The notes under the pieces are model-generated. The model had not been told where the DNA came from, did no database searches, and saw only the letters and a program-made list of their open reading frames with translations. Below, piece after piece: positions 37,554-45,108 of a stretch of DNA of 45,108 nt (positions within the stretch are counted from its first letter, which is position 1; each line of letters opens with the position of its first letter). The stretch lies in UHGV virus genome UHGV-0324336; one strand, 5' to 3'. Source of the stretch: a virus. The position numbers and the translations under genes are program-made.

Positions 37554-37952
37554 TTATTGCATTCTGGCCAGGCCGCGCTCTGTCATTTCGGCTGCCACAC
37601 CGGCAGAGACACGAAACGCCGTTCCCGGCAGCACAAATGCCACAGGTTCATCCCGCGTGGCGTGAAGTGCATCAGTATGCAGCTTCACCAGTGCCACGAC
37701 CGTGACCAGTTCAGACGTATCCAGAATCACGGTATCCGGCTGCGCTGATCCCACCTCATTTTCATGTCCGGTCAGCACATTTTCCCGGCTGAGAGGGGTG
37801 TCCTGACCGGCAGTTTCATCCGTGTCATCAAGCTCCTCTTCCAGCTCTGCCACACGGAGCGCCAGTTCTTCTTTCGTCCCCGTCAGGCTGACATCACGGT
37901 TCAGTTGTTCACCCAGCGAGCGGAGACGGGCAATCAGTTCATCTTTCGTCAT
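37554..37952 (-). CDS. FI: DNA-packaging protein FI
   Basis: Start MTKDELIARLRSLGEQLN… as lambda FI; 132 aa. Confidence 0.9.
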   Translation of the reverse strand: MTKDELIARLRSLGEQLNRDVSLTGTKEELALRVAELEEELDDTDETAGQDTPLSRENVLTGHENEVGSAQPDTVILDTSELVTVVALVKLHTDALHATRDEPVAFVLPGTAFRVSAGVAAEMTERGLARMQ

Positions 37953-37993
37953 GGACTCCTCCACAGAGAAACAATGGCCCCGAAGGGCCATGA

Positions 37994-39019
37994 TTACGCC
38001 AGTTGTACGGACACGAACTCATCAGGGTCAGCCAGCAGCATCAGCGGTGCTGACTGAATCATGGTGAACTCACGCGCCGGATCGCCGGTGGTCACCCAGT
38101 TTTTCGGGTAACGGGCAGAGGCGTTAATGCCTTCGCGCTGTGCGTCCGCATCCTGAATGCAGCCATAGGTGCGCAGACCGCGTGCCTGAGTGTTCCCCAG
38201 CACCATCGTGTTGTCCGGCAGGAAGTTCTTTTTGACGCCGTTTTCCACGTACTGTCCGGAATACACGACGATGGCCACATCGCCATACATCCCCTTATAG
38301 GACACCGCTTTACCTAGGTCTTTCACCGCTGTCTCCAGCTCGGAATGAGAGCCGCGACGAGTATCCAGCTTCTCCTTGACGGCTTTGAAGGAACGGAACA
38401 GCGCCCAGCCTTTCGGATCGAACACGATGATATTCACCACACCGCTGGCGTTCAGCGCGTAGGCTTCGATATCGTCGGTCGGGTCATACGTGGACTTGTC
38501 ACGCTTGCTCCACTCCGTGCCGCCGGACTGCGTGATGTTATTCTCCTCACTGCGGCCCATATCCACCTCAACCGGATCGAAGGCTTCACCGGTCATGGTG
38601 TATTTGCCCTTAAGCACGGCAGAAACTGCCTGCATCTCTTCGACCTGAGCAATGGCCAGCTCTTCGTCACGCATGTTCTGCATGATGATGCGACGGCGGC
38701 GGTAAGCCGGGTCCGCCAGATTCTGCGGATCTTCATCCGGCAGGCGACGCAGGGTCATCTGCGGATTCACTTCATGCTTCGGCTTGACATATCCCGGCGT
38801 AAATTCAGAGGTGGAGCCGCCACGGGAACGGATAACCTCACCGGAAACAATCGGCGAAACGTACAGCGCCATGTTTACCAGTCCCGGAATTTGTGAGAGA
38901 TAGACTTTCTCCGTGGTGAAGGGATAGCTCTCACGGAAAAAGAGACGCAGAAACAGCGGATCAAACTTAAATTTCTGCTCATTTGCCGCCAGCAGTTGGG
39001 CGGTTGTGTACATCGACAT
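37994..39019 (-). CDS. E: major capsid protein E
   Basis: Start MSMYTTAQLLAANEQKFKFDPLFLRLFFRESYPF… as lambda E; 341 aa. Confidence 0.95.
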   Translation of the reverse strand: MSMYTTAQLLAANEQKFKFDPLFLRLFFRESYPFTTEKVYLSQIPGLVNMALYVSPIVSGEVIRSRGGSTSEFTPGYVKPKHEVNPQMTLRRLPDEDPQNLADPAYRRRRIIMQNMRDEELAIAQVEEMQAVSAVLKGKYTMTGEAFDPVEVDMGRSEENNITQSGGTEWSKRDKSTYDPTDDIEAYALNASGVVNIIVFDPKGWALFRSFKAVKEKLDTRRGSHSELETAVKDLGKAVSYKGMYGDVAIVVYSGQYVENGVKKNFLPDNTMVLGNTQARGLRTYGCIQDADAQREGINASARYPKNWVTTGDPAREFTMIQSAPLMLLADPDEFVSVQLA

Positions 39020-39074
39020 AAAAAAATCCCGTAAAAAAAGCCGCACAGGCGGCCTTTAGTGATGAAGGGTAAAG

Positions 39075-39407
39075 TTAAACGATGCTGATTGCCGTTCCGG
39101 CAAACGCGGTCCGTTTTTTCGTCTCGTCGCTGGCAGCCTCCGGCCAGAGCACATCCTCATAACGGAACGTGCCGGACTTGTAGAACGTCAGCGTGGTGCT
39201 GGTCTGGTCAGCAGCAACCGCAAGAATGCCAACGGCAGCACCGTCGGTGGTGCCATCCCACGCAACCAGCTTACGGCTGGAGGTGTCCAGCATCAGCGGG
39301 GTCATTGCAGGCGCTTTCGCACTCAATCCGCCGGGCGCGGTTGCGGTATGAGCCGGGTCACTGTTGCCCTGCGGCTGGTAATGGGTAAAGGTTTCTTTGC
39401 TCGTCAT
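39075..39407 (-). CDS. D: head decoration protein D
   Basis: [38 protein letters not shown]… as lambda D; 110 aa. Confidence 0.95.
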
Positions 39408-39416
39408 AAACATCCC

Positions 39417-40022
39417 TTACACTGGTGTGTTCAGCAAATCGTTAACGGCATCAGATGCCGGGTTACCTGCAGCCAGCGGTGCCGGTGCCCCCTGCATCAG
39501 ACGATCCAGCGCAGTGTCACTGCGCGCCTGTGCACTCTGTGGTGCTGCGGCCAGAATGCGGCGGGCCGTTTTCACGGTCATACCGGGGGTTTCTGCCAGC
39601 ACGCGTGCCTGTTCTTCGCGTCCGTGAGCCTCCTCACAGTTGAGGATCCCCATAATGCGGCTGTTTTCTGCCGCAACCGCTGCGGTGATCTGCGCGTTCA
39701 CGTCCGGCTGCGCCGCGCTGGCGTTCTCGCCCTCCGTCGCTGGCACCACGTCAGTAACGTCAGCCTGCGAAGCAGTGGCTGAAACAGTTGTTGATTGAGT
39801 CTCTTTGGTCATTCGCCCTCCTGAGAGACGGGATTTACGTGCATCCAGTGCATCACGCATGACGGTGATCGCATCGGTGCTGTTAACAAGTTCATCAGCC
39901 AGTCCGGCATCAATGGCCTCCTGACCGCTGTACACTGCAGCCTCGGTATCCAGCACAGCCTGCACGGACAGGCCGGTATATGCCGACACCTTCTGCGCAA
40001 ACATCTGGCGGGTTGCGTCCAT
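39417..40022 (-). CDS. Nu3: scaffolding protein Nu3 (in-frame internal start within C)
   Basis: C-terminal 201 codons of C starting MDATRQMFAQKVSAYTG…, as in lambda. Confidence 0.8.
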   Translation of the reverse strand: MDATRQMFAQKVSAYTGLSVQAVLDTEAAVYSGQEAIDAGLADELVNSTDAITVMRDALDARKSRLSGGRMTKETQSTTVSATASQADVTDVVPATEGENASAAQPDVNAQITAAVAAENSRIMGILNCEEAHGREEQARVLAETPGMTVKTARRILAAAPQSAQARSDTALDRLMQGAPAPLAAGNPASDAVNDLLNTPV

Positions 40023-40716
40023 CCGGGACTGCAGTGTCTCCCGGACGTCATCCGGAAGATGGCTGTAGGGGTTGCCATCCACCTTATGGCTGCCGCTGTA
40101 AATCAGCGTGATTTCCACACCCTGTTTCTCCAGCGCAGCACCGTAATTACTGTGAGCCATCATGACGCCGATGGAGCCTGTCCGGGCGGTCTGCGTGACC
40201 AGACGCCGGGAGGCGGCACTGGCAAGCAACTGACCTGCACTGCAGTTCATGTCGTTGGCAAGCGCCCATACCGGTTTTATGTCACGCACACGGGCGATGA
40301 TGTCAGCGCAGTCAAATGCCCCCGCCACCATCCCGCCGGGCGTGTCCATATCGAGCAGAATGCCGTCCACCATCGGATCGCTGGCAGCCTGTTGCAGACG
40401 GGCGATAATGCCGTTGTAACCGGTCATCCCCGAGTACGGCTGCAGCGCCCGCGTCCGGCTGACCAGCGTGCCGGACACCGGCAGCACGGCGATGCCGTTC
40501 ATGACCTGATAACTGCGGGCCTGTCGTGGTCCGTCATCATCACCGGATAATGCCAGCGTCGCGAGTGCCTCCTGGGCAGTCAGGCTGTCGCCGGACACCG
40601 CATCCGTCAGGCGGCTGATCCCAAGCTGGCCTGCAAGCGCACAAAAGAAAACCCGCGCATAGGCGGGTTCAAGCATCAGCGGCTCATTAAAGGCCATGCT
40701 GGCAATATGCGGGAGA

Positions 40717-40736
<20 letters not shown>
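39417..40736 (-). CDS. C: capsid assembly protease C (GTG start)
   Basis: 439 aa from VTAELRNLPHIASMAFNEPLMLEP…; coordinate fit with lambda C; S49-type protease. Confidence 0.9.
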
Positions 40737-44417
<3,681 letters not shown>

Positions 44418-44443
<26 letters not shown>

Positions 44444-44963
44444 TCAGCAACCCCGGTATCAGTTCATCCAGCGCGGCTGCTTTGTTCATGGCTTTGATGA
44501 TATCCCGTTTCAGGAAATCAACATGTCGGTTTTCCAGTTCCGGAAAACGCCGCTGCACCGACAGGGGGAGCCCGTCGAGAATACTGGCAATTTCACCTGC
44601 GATCCGCGACAACACGAAAGTACAGAATGCGGTTTCCACCACTTCAGCGGAGTCTCTGGCATTCTTCAGTTCCTGTGCGTCGGCCTGCGCACGCGTAAGT
44701 CGATGGCGTTCGTACTCAATAGTTCCTGGCTGGAGATCTGCCTCGCTGGCCTGCCGCAGTTCTTCAACCTCCCGGCGCAGCTTTTCGTTCTCAATTTCAG
44801 CATCCCTTTCGGCATACCATTTTATGACGGCGGCAGAGTCATAAAGCACCTCATTACCCTTGCCACCGCCTCGCAGAACGGGCATTCCCTGTTCCTGCCA
44901 GTTCTGAATGGTACGGATACTCGCACCGAAAATGTCAGCCAGCTGCTTTTTGTTGACTTCCAT
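44418..44963 (-). CDS. Nu1: terminase small subunit Nu1
   Basis: 181 aa MEVNKKQLADIFGASIRTIQNWQEQGMPVLRGGGKGNEVLYD… as lambda Nu1 (winged HTH). Confidence 0.95.
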
Positions 44964-45108
44964 TGTTCATTCCACGGACAAAAACAGAGAAAGGAAACGA
45001 CAGAGGCCAAAAAGCTCGCTTTCAGCACCTGTCGTTTCCTTTCTTTTCAGAGGGTATTTTAAATAAAAACATTAAGTTATGACGAAGAAGAACGGAAACG
45101 CCTTAAAC
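44964..45108 (-). promoter_or_regulatory. cosB-type terminase-binding region (partial; cosN lies beyond window end)
   Basis: Reverse complement of window end (GTTTAAGGCGTTTCCGTTCTTCTTCGTCATAACTTAATGTTTTTATTTAAAATACCCTCTGAAAAGAAAGGAAACGACAG…) matches recalled lambda left-end sequence ~positions 55-190. Confidence 0.8.

Overview
This window is a mosaic lambdoid (pro)phage from an enterobacterial host (E. coli-like), read entirely by eye with no searches run. Coordinates ~25.5-45.1 kb (minus strand) carry a packaging/head/tail module whose proteins and terminal DNA match phage lambda as I recall it (cosB, Nu1, A, W, B, C/Nu3, D, E, FI, FII, Z, U, V, G/G-T, H, M, L, K, I, J, lom). J has a non-lambda C-terminus and is followed by a non-lambda tail-fibre cluster (21.5-25.5 kb). 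Coordinates 0-21.3 kb carry a Qin/Rac/phage-21-like early and late region: a truncated integrase, a DUF4224 xis-position gene, a RecE-family exonuclease, the ydfABC-dicF-dicB-ydfD division-inhibition operon under a LexA-type CI repressor, Cro/YdaS and YdaT-like genes, an O-like replication initiator with internal iterons, Hok, a lipoprotein moron, an HNH/DUF968 protein, RusA, a Q-like antiterminator, a four-tRNA cluster, and a phage-21-type lysis cassette with an extra gene between holin and endolysin. The strongest candidate for a novel system is an AT-rich accessory island (~9.3-13.4 kb) encoding a large RES-domain protein with an N-terminal zinc ribbon, a convergent HExxH metallopeptidase-like protein (possibly Lit-like) and a membrane-anchored protein. 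Gene order is vegetative (tail fibres next to the truncated int), implying either a phage-genome-type record or two tandem prophages. All family assignments rest on recalled motifs and synteny and need HMM/BLAST confirmation.
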